From the NCBI RefSeq assembly GCF_003073175.1, contig NZ_QBBX01000015.1, forward strand, positions 1-24,000: a DNA stretch of 24,000 nt, written 5' to 3'. Within the stretch, counting starts at the first letter, position 1. Each line of letters begins with the position of its first letter. This document shows positions 1 through 8,212 of this stretch, piece by piece. This DNA comes from Peribacillus acanthi. Its GTDB lineage: Bacteria; Bacillota; Bacilli; Bacillales; DSM-1321. Position numbers and translations under genes: made by a program. The notes below the pieces were generated by a model. That model did not search any database. It was not told the DNA's origin and saw only the letters and a program-made list of their open reading frames with translations.

Positions 1-174
1 TTTGGTATGCGTAAATTTAGTATAGCATGAAAAATTTTAAGATTTAATTGAAAGATATTGACAAACTATTAGCTGGTTTAGTTAAAGAAGAAATTGACGC
101 CAATGTCATATAAGTGAGACAACGCAAAAAAAACTACATCGATTTATATAATCAGGTAGTTTTTTGATTGTACT

Positions 175-576
175 TTAATTTATTTTTTCTCCATCTTTAT
201 TTAAGACAATAATATCAAAAGTTTCTTTCTTCTGAATCAATAATTGTGCCTTTTCAGATTGGAGTATCTCACGAACCGATTTCTCAATATCACTCACATC
301 ATTTAAGTTATTGGATACCAAATTTACATAAATCACGCGATTCGGAAAATTTTCCGTGTCAACCTTAATTGAATTTAATGAAAATTCCTTATTCTGTTTC
401 AATAATTTCGCTAACTTTAGTGTCCTTTCAGACAATTCATCGATATATGCTTGTTCAACTTGCTTATTATCAACATCAACTTTGTGACTTGTTCGGTCAA
501 TGAGGAATAACGCTACAACAACCAATACAACTATCACAGTACCAATAATACTTTTTTTCAATTGAAGCACCTCCAA
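175..576 (-). CDS. hypothetical small membrane-anchored protein
   Basis: The ORF is 133 codons with an N-terminal hydrophobic helix (SIIGTVIVVLVVVALFLI). A GGAGGTG Shine-Dalgarno sits 6 nt upstream of an in-frame TTG at 561, so the real start is probably 561 rather than 576. I recognise no family. Confidence 0.5.
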   Translation of the reverse strand: MEVLQLKKSIIGTVIVVLVVVALFLIDRTSHKVDVDNKQVEQAYIDELSERTLKLAKLLKQNKEFSLNSIKVDTENFPNRVIYVNLVSNNLNDVSDIEKSVREILQSEKAQLLIQKKETFDIIVLNKDGEKIN

Positions 577-613
577 TAAAAGATATGACTATCTTTATGG
601 GATTATTCACTAA

Positions 614-636
614 CCTGCCCCGTTTGTTAAGTAAAT
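614..636 (-). repeat. intergenic motif copy A (CCTGCCCCGTTTGTTAAGTAAAT on + strand)
   Basis: It shares the CTGCCCCGTT core and downstream W-G-Y-T-W-A-R-T-A-A positions with copies at 3695, 5342, 5402 and (weaker) 13263. All copies have the same orientation. This one lies between the stop of ORF 647-910 and the start of ORF 175-576. Confidence 0.6.
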
Positions 637-646
637 AGCTTCCTAT

Positions 647-910
647 TTATGATCCTTCCACTTCATCTTTATAGTGGTAATGCCAATGATTTACTCCATC
701 CATACCGACCAATTCACCATTTTTATTAAAATAACCAAAGAACTCATCCACTGGAAATTTAAACAATTGATAATTATTGTCCTTCGGTAGATTTACCAGT
801 TGTTCTTTAGCTTTCGTTTCAGTTAAATAGACTCCTATTGGAAAGAAATTTGGAAAGCGATTTCCGTTAAGAGTTACAAATATAACCCAAACATTCTTTG
901 TTGTATTCAA
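647..910 (-). CDS. hypothetical protein (87 aa)
   Basis: The ORF has an ATG start preceded by a GGGGG-containing SD (ACTGGGGGTAAAGATTTGAATACA region). No recognisable domain. It lies directly downstream of the group II intron 3' exon junction. Confidence 0.5.
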   Translation of the reverse strand: MNTTKNVWVIFVTLNGNRFPNFFPIGVYLTETKAKEQLVNLPKDNNYQLFKFPVDEFFGYFNKNGELVGMDGVNHWHYHYKDEVEGS

Positions 911-983
911 ATCTTTACCCCCAGTTTCTTTATATCTCCCTTGTAAATTCGCTGAATTTACCTAATTCACCTTCTTAATACAG

Positions 984-3688
984 ATAGGTAAGGGTTTGAA
1001 GTTATCGCTCCCTTTTCCCCCTGCTCACACCGTACGTGAGACTTTCATCTCATACGGCGTTCCAACTAAACCAATTTATTCTTTCTATGTATTAAGCAGA
1101 CGAGTGCTGTTTTTCCAATGTTAGATTATTTCATTTTGACATCTTAATCGAAGTTTATTTACTTTTTCTTTTTGCTTAGAGTTAAGCTTTAAAGAGGCTA
1201 GAAGAGTTTCAATTTTAACCTTATCTTTTAGATGAATCAGTTGATGAATAGCTTTATCAACAATAATCAAATTAGAATAGCTATCATCTTTTGAAAGGTG
1301 AAATGGGGTAATGTGATGACAATGCCATTCATTAATCCCTAACTCTTCTTCTAATATGGCACATTTACCATATTGGGCAATGAACTTACTGATCCTGTTG
1401 TCATTATATTCAATTGATCGACTTGGAATGTAGTTTCTCATGATGTAAGAAAGCATAGTTTTATCAATTGCCTTCAAACTATTGTGTATTCTTGCTCTAC
1501 CTTCGGTAGTATAGTTACAAGTCTGTTGGGAAAAACAAAGTGTGTTTTTCCACCGTTGTGCATGGATAGGCACAAAAACCATTCCTTGTATCTTGAATAG
1601 TTTTGCCTTGTAACCCTTATACCTTTTCTGTAAGGTCTTAGTCATATCATGAAAAATTGCCTCTGTTCTAATATTCTTCAGTTGATTATATAACGTTCTG
1701 CGTAAATGAGAGTTTAACTCATTAAGATTAATTGTGATTTGAGTAGCGACAGAGTAATAATTTTGAATCCCCATGACTACAGTATTGAAATTCCAAACAG
1801 TCTGTATGCTCGGCTTTTTCTTGACTACTTTTATGGCTTCTTTAATCTTTTGGAATGCATGTCCTTTCGCCTTTTTGGACATATCAGACCTAGCTACATA
1901 GCCAAATCTTGTTTTTCCTTTTCTAATTACTTTTATGGAAAAACCAAGAAACTCGGAAGAGTTCTTCTTTAAGTTAATAACCCTAGATTTCTCTTCACTT
2001 GTTTCTAGATGTAATCTGTTTTTCAAAAAGTCTTTCACTGCATAATTTATTCTAATTGCCTGTGACCTTGTTCGGCACATTAATTTAAAATCGTCCGCAT
2101 AGCGGACGATAAAGCACTCTTTCAAAGCTGTTTTCTTTAGGAACTGATACTTACTTCCATTGGTTGAGTATGTATATTTACTTTTAAACGTTTCCCATTG
2201 GTCACTGACCCACCAATCCAATTCATTTAATACAATGTTGGATAATAAAGGAGACAGAATTCCTCCTTGCGGGGTTCCTCTGCATGGGATACCTTCTCCT
2301 TCTATCTCTGCTTTCAAAAGTCTAGATATAATAGAAAGAAGTGGTTTATCCTTAATACCAAGTGACCATATTTGTTTTAGTAATTTACTATGATTCACGT
2401 TGTCAAAGAAACCTTTTATATCTACATCGACACAATGGTAAAGTCCAGCTTGATTGATAAGAAATTCAAGCCTGGTTTTGGCATGATGAGTGCTGCGATT
2501 CGGTCTGAATCCATAACTATGTTTATGGAATTTAGCTTCACAAATTGGCTCTAGGATTTGAAGAATACATTGTTGAAAGATTCTATCCCATATCGTTGGA
2601 ATCCCCAGAGGTCTAGTTTTCCCTTGTCCTTTTGGGATGAAAACACGCCTTACTGTTTGTGGTTCATACCATTTGAACATGACTTGAACCTTCGCTACCA
2701 CATCTTCCACTGATAAGTGAAGAATATCTTTAATAGTTAACTTATCTGTTCCCGCAGTTTTGCTACCCGAGTTTCGTTTAATGTTTCGGTAGGCAAGTCG
2801 TATATTATCTTCAGAACTCATTAAATCCGTTAAGTTATAGAATTGGTAACCACTGACACTTTGAGCGTACAATCTGTCAAAACAATCTTGCATATTGTAA
2901 TACTCGGCATGTCTCAGTTTCTTCCGTTTCAATAAGTCGGCAACTCCTTTCGGAGTTAAACCTCTTTTAGTCTCACGAGAACCTTATTAATCGTTTAAGA
3001 ACTGTCTTACATGGTTGAATAAATCTTCATTAGTCTAGTGGCTATCCCTCCATGTGGATTAGACATTTCATTGGTACTGTGCCACCACTTTCACTGATAC
3101 AAAAGCAAGTTATGCAGTAACTACTATTATTAATGGTTTCCTTGCCACCGTTTCATTAGAAGTAAGTCCTCCACGTTATCAGCTTACAACGTTGAATTAT
3201 ATCTATTATGGAATGAACTTAGGTGCTTCCTTTAAGCCTGTTAGCATTCATACGCCTGTAACGTATCATGGATTTTCATATTAGCTATTTTTACTCATCC
3301 ACATCCAACCTCACAATTTGGTGATATACACATTTCTATGTATCGCAGTTATAGACCCGTACATTCAGAAGTTCGTCAGTTTAACCATTTCTTTTTGGTT
3401 TATTCACATTCTCACCATATTCATTCAACTCAAGCATCATGATTTACACCACCCCCGCGGGTAGGCTTTCGTCAGCCGAACTGGTACGGTAAATTCTCAC
3501 GCCTTTTCGCCGAGCTTATAACACTATCATTCTTACTAAATCCAGTGCTATTCGACTAAGAGAGAACCCTTCAAGGCGTTACCCCATCATTTGATTCTTC
3601 GATATAATCCTTCAGTTCCGAGAGGAACTGTCTAGCTTTTACCAGAGTGATGTGACCACCCTCCATTTAGACTAGAAACATTTCGCAC
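984..3688 (-). mobile_element. complete group II intron (about 2.7 kb) with ORF in domain IV
   Basis: The 5' end reads GTGCGAAATG (reverse complement of 3679-3688), matching the GUGYG consensus. A 34-nt domain V lies at 1027-1060 (ACGCCGTATGAGAT-GAAA-GTCTCACGTACGGTGT, with AC bulge and GAAA tetraloop). A domain VI-like helix with a bulged A ends ...CCTAT near 984 (+/- 5 nt). The intron segment GGTTAAACTG (reverse complement of 3377-3386, about 300 nt from the 5' end) is complementary to the last 10 nt of the 5' exon, CAGTTTAACT, giving an EBS1/IBS1 pairing with one G-U. Confidence 0.88.
1121..2932 (-). CDS. ltrA: group II intron reverse transcriptase / maturase with C-terminal HNH endonuclease domain
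   Basis: 603 aa. RT motifs are present (RPLGIPTIWDRIFQQ, HSYGFRPNRS, DIKGFFDNVNH, GTPQGGILSPLLSNI, YADDF), followed by a maturase/X region and an HNH-like C-terminus (WHCHHITP...NLIIVDKAIHQLIH). Confidence 0.95.
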   Translation of the reverse strand: MKRKKLRHAEYYNMQDCFDRLYAQSVSGYQFYNLTDLMSSEDNIRLAYRNIKRNSGSKTAGTDKLTIKDILHLSVEDVVAKVQVMFKWYEPQTVRRVFIPKGQGKTRPLGIPTIWDRIFQQCILQILEPICEAKFHKHSYGFRPNRSTHHAKTRLEFLINQAGLYHCVDVDIKGFFDNVNHSKLLKQIWSLGIKDKPLLSIISRLLKAEIEGEGIPCRGTPQGGILSPLLSNIVLNELDWWVSDQWETFKSKYTYSTNGSKYQFLKKTALKECFIVRYADDFKLMCRTRSQAIRINYAVKDFLKNRLHLETSEEKSRVINLKKNSSEFLGFSIKVIRKGKTRFGYVARSDMSKKAKGHAFQKIKEAIKVVKKKPSIQTVWNFNTVVMGIQNYYSVATQITINLNELNSHLRRTLYNQLKNIRTEAIFHDMTKTLQKRYKGYKAKLFKIQGMVFVPIHAQRWKNTLCFSQQTCNYTTEGRARIHNSLKAIDKTMLSYIMRNYIPSRSIEYNDNRISKFIAQYGKCAILEEELGINEWHCHHITPFHLSKDDSYSNLIIVDKAIHQLIHLKDKVKIETLLASLKLNSKQKEKVNKLRLRCQNEII

Positions 3689-3694
3689 AGTTAA

Positions 3695-3717
3695 ACTGCC
3701 CCGTTTCTACAATAGAA
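3695..3717 (-). repeat. intergenic motif copy B (ACTGCCCCGTTTCTACAATAGAA on + strand), abutting the intron 5' end
   Basis: It has the same core as copies A, C1 and C2. On the minus strand the motif ends ...ACGGGGCAGTTTAACT, immediately followed by the intron GTGCG. Confidence 0.6.
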
Positions 3718-3825
3718 GCTCCTTATCGAAACCCCAGTTACTTTCAGTACATTTGTTCACAATATTATATTTCACTTTTTGAATTTATGCCTAAAAGCTC
3801 TACGTTAATGATAAATGTTAATATA

Positions 3826-4701
3826 TTATCCCATTACATCTTTAAGACGTTTATTTTGTCTCCTAAGAACTAACCAAAATATTAAAAGAACACTAAATAA
3901 AGTAAATAAAAGTATCGGTGCCTGAAAAATACTCCAAGTGTTTGGTCCGTAATAAGTTAATTGGTGATGTTTCTCAACAGTGTGTTCATACGAATTTTTG
4001 TATTCATATTGAATGACCCACAGTTTATTCGCCATCACAACAGTTCCTAAATCATAGCCACTAGGAGTAATGGGCTCATTCTTTCTAAGTATTCCTTCGT
4101 TCCCAATAACGGTGTCGGCTTTCTTATATTCAATAGGATAGATCGTTGTAGGCTTCTGTTTTACAGAAGCATTTTCCTTTAACCAATCCTCTATATCTGC
4201 TGCTGAAAAAACAGCTAACAAATTAAGTTTTTCATTATACTTTTTAAAAATAGTAAGAAGTTGTTTTTCTTCTTTTTCAGTCACTTCTGTTGAGGATCCA
4301 AGAATATGAAATACATCATACATAATGGCATCTTTTTCTTTGTCTACTACTTCGAACTCAGATACTTCTTCATTATACTCACTAAATTTTATTATCGAAT
4401 GAGTTAGAAAAATGAATCCAAACAGCAAGGAGAAAAGTGTAGACAGGAATAAATATTTCGTCAGTTTTTTTTGTTCATTGAAGAATCTGGATACTTTTTG
4501 GAAGGGTCTCTTTACTTCCACTTTATACACTTCATCTATCTCAACGGAAATATCAACATCATTTTTCATATTTTCTAATACTTCTCTACATTTTTTACAA
4601 GTATTTATGTGTTCCTCAATAAAATGTATACTATCTTGGCTACACAAATGATCAATATAAGATGGCAGTAAATCTCTCACTATATTGCATTTATTGCCCA
4701 T
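3826..4701 (-). CDS. membrane anti-sigma factor (zinc-finger ZAS-type N-terminus)
   Basis: 291 aa. The start overlaps the sigma-factor stop by 11 nt. An HxxxCxxC motif (HINTCKKC) sits near the N-terminus. A TM helix (LFLSTLFSLLFGFIFL) follows at about residue 85, then an extracytoplasmic region of about 170 aa and a second C-terminal hydrophobic helix (ILLFTLFSVLLIFWLVL). Confidence 0.7.
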   Translation of the reverse strand: MGNKCNIVRDLLPSYIDHLCSQDSIHFIEEHINTCKKCREVLENMKNDVDISVEIDEVYKVEVKRPFQKVSRFFNEQKKLTKYLFLSTLFSLLFGFIFLTHSIIKFSEYNEEVSEFEVVDKEKDAIMYDVFHILGSSTEVTEKEEKQLLTIFKKYNEKLNLLAVFSAADIEDWLKENASVKQKPTTIYPIEYKKADTVIGNEGILRKNEPITPSGYDLGTVVMANKLWVIQYEYKNSYEHTVEKHHQLTYYGPNTWSIFQAPILLFTLFSVLLIFWLVLRRQNKRLKDVMG

Positions 4702-5179
4702 TGTTATCCTTACCCCTTTCCCTTAATTTCATCTTAGCCCTATAAAAAGTAACTCTCGCCCAGTTTTCATTTTTCAGTTGTATTTCTCCTATTTCTTTGA
4801 AACTTAGATCACCTAAGATTCTTAAAAGAAAAACCTCTTTATAAGGTTCTTCAAGTAAGTGTATTATTCTATATAGAGCAATTTTATCTTCCGAATGAAT
4901 AAGTTTAGCTTCAGGAGAAGTATGTAATGTGTCATCTTGGAACATATCCCTTTGCTGTTTTTTATTACGTTCCAAGTACTTATAATAGGAGTGCTTTGCT
5001 ATTTGACATAGCCAAACTGACATTTTACATTCACCATTATATCTATCAATGGATTTTACAGCTTGATAGAAGGTTTCTTGCGTTAGTTCTTCTGATAAAT
5101 CTGAGTTGTGGCAAAGACACATTAGATATTTGAATACTTCTTCAGCATAATTGCAATAAATTTCATCTAGTTCTCCCAA
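4691..5179 (-). CDS. ECF-type RNA polymerase sigma-70 family factor
   Basis: 162 aa. It has region 2 (ELTQETFYQAVKSIDRY...WLCQIAKHSYYKYLER) and a region 4 HTH (LSFKEIGEIQLKNENWARVTFYRAKMKLRE). The start is TTG, 7 nt after AAAGGAGG. Confidence 0.9.
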   Translation of the reverse strand: MGELDEIYCNYAEEVFKYLMCLCHNSDLSEELTQETFYQAVKSIDRYNGECKMSVWLCQIAKHSYYKYLERNKKQQRDMFQDDTLHTSPEAKLIHSEDKIALYRIIHLLEEPYKEVFLLRILGDLSFKEIGEIQLKNENWARVTFYRAKMKLRERGKDNNGQ

Positions 5180-5341
5180 GCCTTTTCCTCCTTTCGTCTA
5201 TATATCCGATTTAAGCCAATTTCGTTACAAAGAATCTATTAATTTTTATAAATTTTTTTTATGGCAATAGAAAACCACCAAACAAAATGGCGGCTTAAGT
5301 ATTTTACATTCAACAATATTATTAAAATACCTGCTATTAAA

Positions 5342-5364
5342 CCTGCCCCGTTAGCTTAGTAAGG
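5342..5364 (-). repeat. intergenic motif copy C1 (CCTGCCCCGTTAGCTTAGTAAGG on + strand)
   Basis: 17/23 identical to copy A. On the minus strand it lies just downstream of the tniQ terminator and about 165 nt upstream of the sigma-factor start. Confidence 0.6.
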
Positions 5365-5371
5365 ATTTCAA

Positions 5372-5405
5372 CAAAAAAAAGCGATAAACCCTCATGGATT
5401 ATCGC
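5372..5405 (-). terminator. rho-independent terminator after the tnsAB-tnsC-tniQ operon
   Basis: On the minus strand: GCGATAA-TCCATGAGGGT-TTATCGC followed by TTTTTTTT. Confidence 0.7.
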
Positions 5406-5424
5406 CACCGTTAGTTAAATAACA
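5402..5424 (-). repeat. intergenic motif copy C2 (TCGCCACCGTTAGTTAAATAACA on + strand)
   Basis: A degenerate copy 60 bp from C1 in the same orientation. It shares CCGTTAG-T-A-TAA and overlaps the 3' arm of the terminator stem. Confidence 0.45.
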
Positions 5425-5539
5425 TACTTGAGACCAGCAGGTCACTATCATTTAATTAATGTCGTTACACTTCGGTTTGCAGCAATAGTGCACCTAGACA
5501 CCCAAAGTACCCTACGATTACGAGGATTAAAAACCAACA

Positions 5540-7048
5540 TTATTTATAACCTAATAAAGCTAATTCTCCTTTCCAAACCTTCCTTATTTCTGGATCCAAT
5601 AAATAATTTGGATTGGATAATTTTTTCCTTAATGCTTTATCACTTGGATAAATACCATTTTTATGTAAATCTAAAATAACTTCTTTTAATTCTTTTTTTA
5701 TGTTTTCAGATTTATTAGTATTTAGCTTTTTTACATAACTTCTACGCTGATCGATGAGTTTCTTTGATAGTTCTGGGCAATAATATTTTGCTATAGCTTC
5801 TGATATTCCAAAATCTTTGGAAAACTGATACAAACTTACTGGTGGTTCCATGTCTAAAGCAACTAGTAAGTTCCGTTTTATCGCTTCCTTCTTCTGCTTT
5901 TCTAATTCTTTTTTATTTTTTAAGTTATTTTTATTAATCTCCTCACACAATTCAGGAAAATACTTCTTTGCTGTCATTATGTTAAAGCTTTTTGCTTCAC
6001 AGAGTTTTTTAAGACTCTTATAGTAATTATTCTTTATTTCCTCCCTAAATTCTTTTTCCATTTCATTCAAATTAAATACTCGCTTTCTATTAATCACAGT
6101 CTTTTTGATATCTTTTATTTCAAGATTTAAATCATCTTTTAAACTATTAGCAATCAATTCATAGATTGATAGATTAATTTGATTATAGATTTTAAATATA
6201 CAATCGATAGAAGGCTTACTTTTATTACTAATCCATTGTTGCATTAAAGTAGGATGCAAACCTAAGAAATTACCAAATTCATTGATACTACGAAAATTGT
6301 TAACATCCATGATTTTTTTAAGTATATATCCTATTCGTTGTTTAGTAGGATTTGTGTTTAAATTCTGGCCTTTAGCAATTAATGTCTTGAAGGTGTCTAA
6401 TAAGAATTGTTGATATTTTAAATTGTCAACATTGGTAGTTTGACTTTTATAACCTAACCAATTTAAACAGTACTGACAATGACCAACAATAAAGTTAGCA
6501 TGTAAGAAGTTCAGTTTCTTTCCACATATTAGACAACTATCTTCTAAAAGTACCTGATGCTTGTCACATATGTTGATCCCTTTAATGTACCAGATTAGTG
6601 GTTCATAAATTTCACTACCATTATTTTTTGCTTCATCTAAACAATTAGGACACCATTTCCTAGATTCTCCTATGACATTATTCGAAAATAGACCCGACCA
6701 TGAATTCATCGTTAAGAAAATTAAGTCGTTTCTAGTTGTTAACTCTTCTAAGGCAGAAACATATTCAAGACTAATTGAACTATTTCCATTAATGTACTTA
6801 GTTTTTGGACCAATGCTGCCATTCATAAAGGAATTTTTTCGGCTTTCTGTTTTAATAAAAGGAATAAAAGTTTTGCATACCAATGTAGTTAAATTCATAC
6901 TATGACATTCTGCTAACCTAGAAATATAACTGGTTAAACTTTCTACATAAGGAGTACCCATGCCAATAGGTTCTAAGTTATATAATTTACTCCTTGGAGG
7001 TACATTTATCTCGTCCAAATCAAAGTCAACATAATTAACTGGAATCAT
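5540..7048 (-). CDS. tniQ: TniQ/TnsD-like transposition target-selector protein (copy 1)
   Basis: 502 aa. The N-terminal TniQ-type region has Cys/His zinc motifs (WCPNCLDE...CDKH...CLICGKK...HCQYC). A long helical C-terminal half resembles TnsD. It is the last gene of the tns operon. The N-terminal ~200 aa are clearly homologous to ORF 11774-13039. Confidence 0.85.
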   Translation of the reverse strand: MIPVNYVDFDLDEINVPPRSKLYNLEPIGMGTPYVESLTSYISRLAECHSMNLTTLVCKTFIPFIKTESRKNSFMNGSIGPKTKYINGNSSISLEYVSALEELTTRNDLIFLTMNSWSGLFSNNVIGESRKWCPNCLDEAKNNGSEIYEPLIWYIKGINICDKHQVLLEDSCLICGKKLNFLHANFIVGHCQYCLNWLGYKSQTTNVDNLKYQQFLLDTFKTLIAKGQNLNTNPTKQRIGYILKKIMDVNNFRSINEFGNFLGLHPTLMQQWISNKSKPSIDCIFKIYNQINLSIYELIANSLKDDLNLEIKDIKKTVINRKRVFNLNEMEKEFREEIKNNYYKSLKKLCEAKSFNIMTAKKYFPELCEEINKNNLKNKKELEKQKKEAIKRNLLVALDMEPPVSLYQFSKDFGISEAIAKYYCPELSKKLIDQRRSYVKKLNTNKSENIKKELKEVILDLHKNGIYPSDKALRKKLSNPNYLLDPEIRKVWKGELALLGYK

Positions 7049-7093
7049 ATTTGTCCCCCCACTTTTTTCAACCGTGGGACTGATTACATATTT

Positions 7094-8212
7094 TTAAAAA
7101 TCAGTCCCTGTCTTATCCCTTTTTGGTTTCCTCTCTCCAGGCTTCCTATTAGTGTTCTTTTTCGGTTTTTCCTCTTCATCTTCTTGATCCAACTTTAACC
7201 AAGCATCGAGCTTCCGTTCCTTCTCATCTCTTTTTTCAGTTAGATTATTTTCTCCTGTAGTAATTTCTAATGCCATTGTGTATGCTTGATCAATTGTTGG
7301 TTCAAATTTTATAAAATCACTGATTGTTAAAGTTTTAGTTCCCTCATCAGATTTCATTTTATAATGGTAGGTATCGTACAACCAATCCCTAAGAGTACCG
7401 ACACATCCTATCGTGTGTTTATAAAAATATTTCCATTCATCAGTAAGATTAGGTTCTTGGTGCAAAGGAAATGCCTTTTGAAAAACCCAAAGAACATTTT
7501 TGAAAGCATCCATATCCTCTTTTTTTTGCGAATTATACCTTGGAAAATGAATATCATTTGTCCTTCTTCCTAATTGGCCATTTATATTTCTAAAACTTTG
7601 TAACTCATATGTTCCAAACAAAATTATTGGGATCCCAAATTTTGAAGCTAATGATTTTATTGCGTCCATATGATTTCTTAATCCTTTTGAAGTGCCTACC
7701 TTAGTCATATGTTGAGCTTCATCTATTAAAATAATTTTTACTTTTCGGCATCTAATTGCATTTTCCAGGGCCTTACGTAACTTCCTCTTTGTTTTTTCGT
7801 TTGGATTATTCGGTACTTCTACACCAATCTCATTTAAGGGCAATCTCTTTTGATCAATTAAAATGTCCCCAAGTTCATCTAATGACTCAGAATAAAAATT
7901 AATCCAGTCAAACTTGCCATCTTCATTGGCGAATGCTTCTACGGCTAAAATTGGAATCAAACCTAAGTCCTTTTTCATTTCCTCGTCGTACCTTCTTAGA
8001 TATTCATTCCTTACTTTTTTAAATAAAGTAGATTTACCTACACCACTTGGACCATAGACCAATAAGACTTTTTTATCTGCAACTTCAATTTTATCCATTA
8101 AATCATTATAAGAATTAACTAGTGTTGGATGAGCAACACTTTTCTTTTTAAAGTAATTGATTCTGTCATCAACTGATTGGAACAATATTTCTTTTGGAAA
8201 ATTTTTATCCAT
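7094..8212 (-). CDS. tnsC: TnsC/TniB-like AAA+ ATPase transposition regulator
   Basis: 372 aa with Walker A GPSGVGKST and Walker B ILIDEAQH. The start ATG overlaps the upstream stop (TAATG). It sits between the transposase and tniQ. Confidence 0.85.
   Translation of the reverse strand: MDKNFPKEILFQSVDDRINYFKKKSVAHPTLVNSYNDLMDKIEVADKKVLLVYGPSGVGKSTLFKKVRNEYLRRYDEEMKKDLGLIPILAVEAFANEDGKFDWINFYSESLDELGDILIDQKRLPLNEIGVEVPNNPNEKTKRKLRKALENAIRCRKVKIILIDEAQHMTKVGTSKGLRNHMDAIKSLASKFGIPIILFGTYELQSFRNINGQLGRRTNDIHFPRYNSQKKEDMDAFKNVLWVFQKAFPLHQEPNLTDEWKYFYKHTIGCVGTLRDWLYDTYHYKMKSDEGTKTLTISDFIKFEPTIDQAYTMALEITTGENNLTEKRDEKERKLDAWLKLDQEDEEEKPKKNTNRKPGERKPKRDKTGTDF

Noticed and set aside
1-60. Outward-facing minus-strand promoter (extended -10 TGCTATACT, reverse complement of 19-27) at the window edge.
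   Set aside because: The -35 is poor (TTAAAT) and the downstream gene is outside the window, so it is not supportable as a feature.
483-496. TGTGACTTGTTCGG matches the first 9 nt of the putative right-end terminus (TGTGACTTG) and could be the missing left end.
   Set aside because: It lies inside a coherent ORF (175-576), in the region just after its TM helix. The following sequence matches the terminal site poorly (about 8/17). No correctly oriented TTGAAGCATA..TTGCC repeats follow. A near-identical string (2061-2075, TGTGACCTTGTTCGG) occurs inside the intron RT ORF. Both encode R-T-(R)-S, so this looks like coding coincidence.
984-3688. Classifying the intron as class IIC because of the CGC triad in domain V and insertion next to a hairpin-like motif.
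   Set aside because: The ORF has a clear HNH endonuclease domain. The EBS1/IBS1 pairing is long (10 bp). The non-coding 5' part is about 750 nt. None of these is typical of IIC, so the class cannot be assigned without structure or phylogeny.
614-5424. CTGCCCCGTT motif family as integron attC sites, or as halves of rho-independent terminators (the eno terminator also contains AACCTGCCCC).
   Set aside because: There is no integron integrase. The core does not fit GTTRRRY, and there is no R''/L''-L'/R' imperfect palindrome. The upstream sequences lack the complementary arm needed for a terminator stem (B gives only CTG/CAG and TTTC/GAAA pairs with a G:G bubble). The function is left open rather than assigned.
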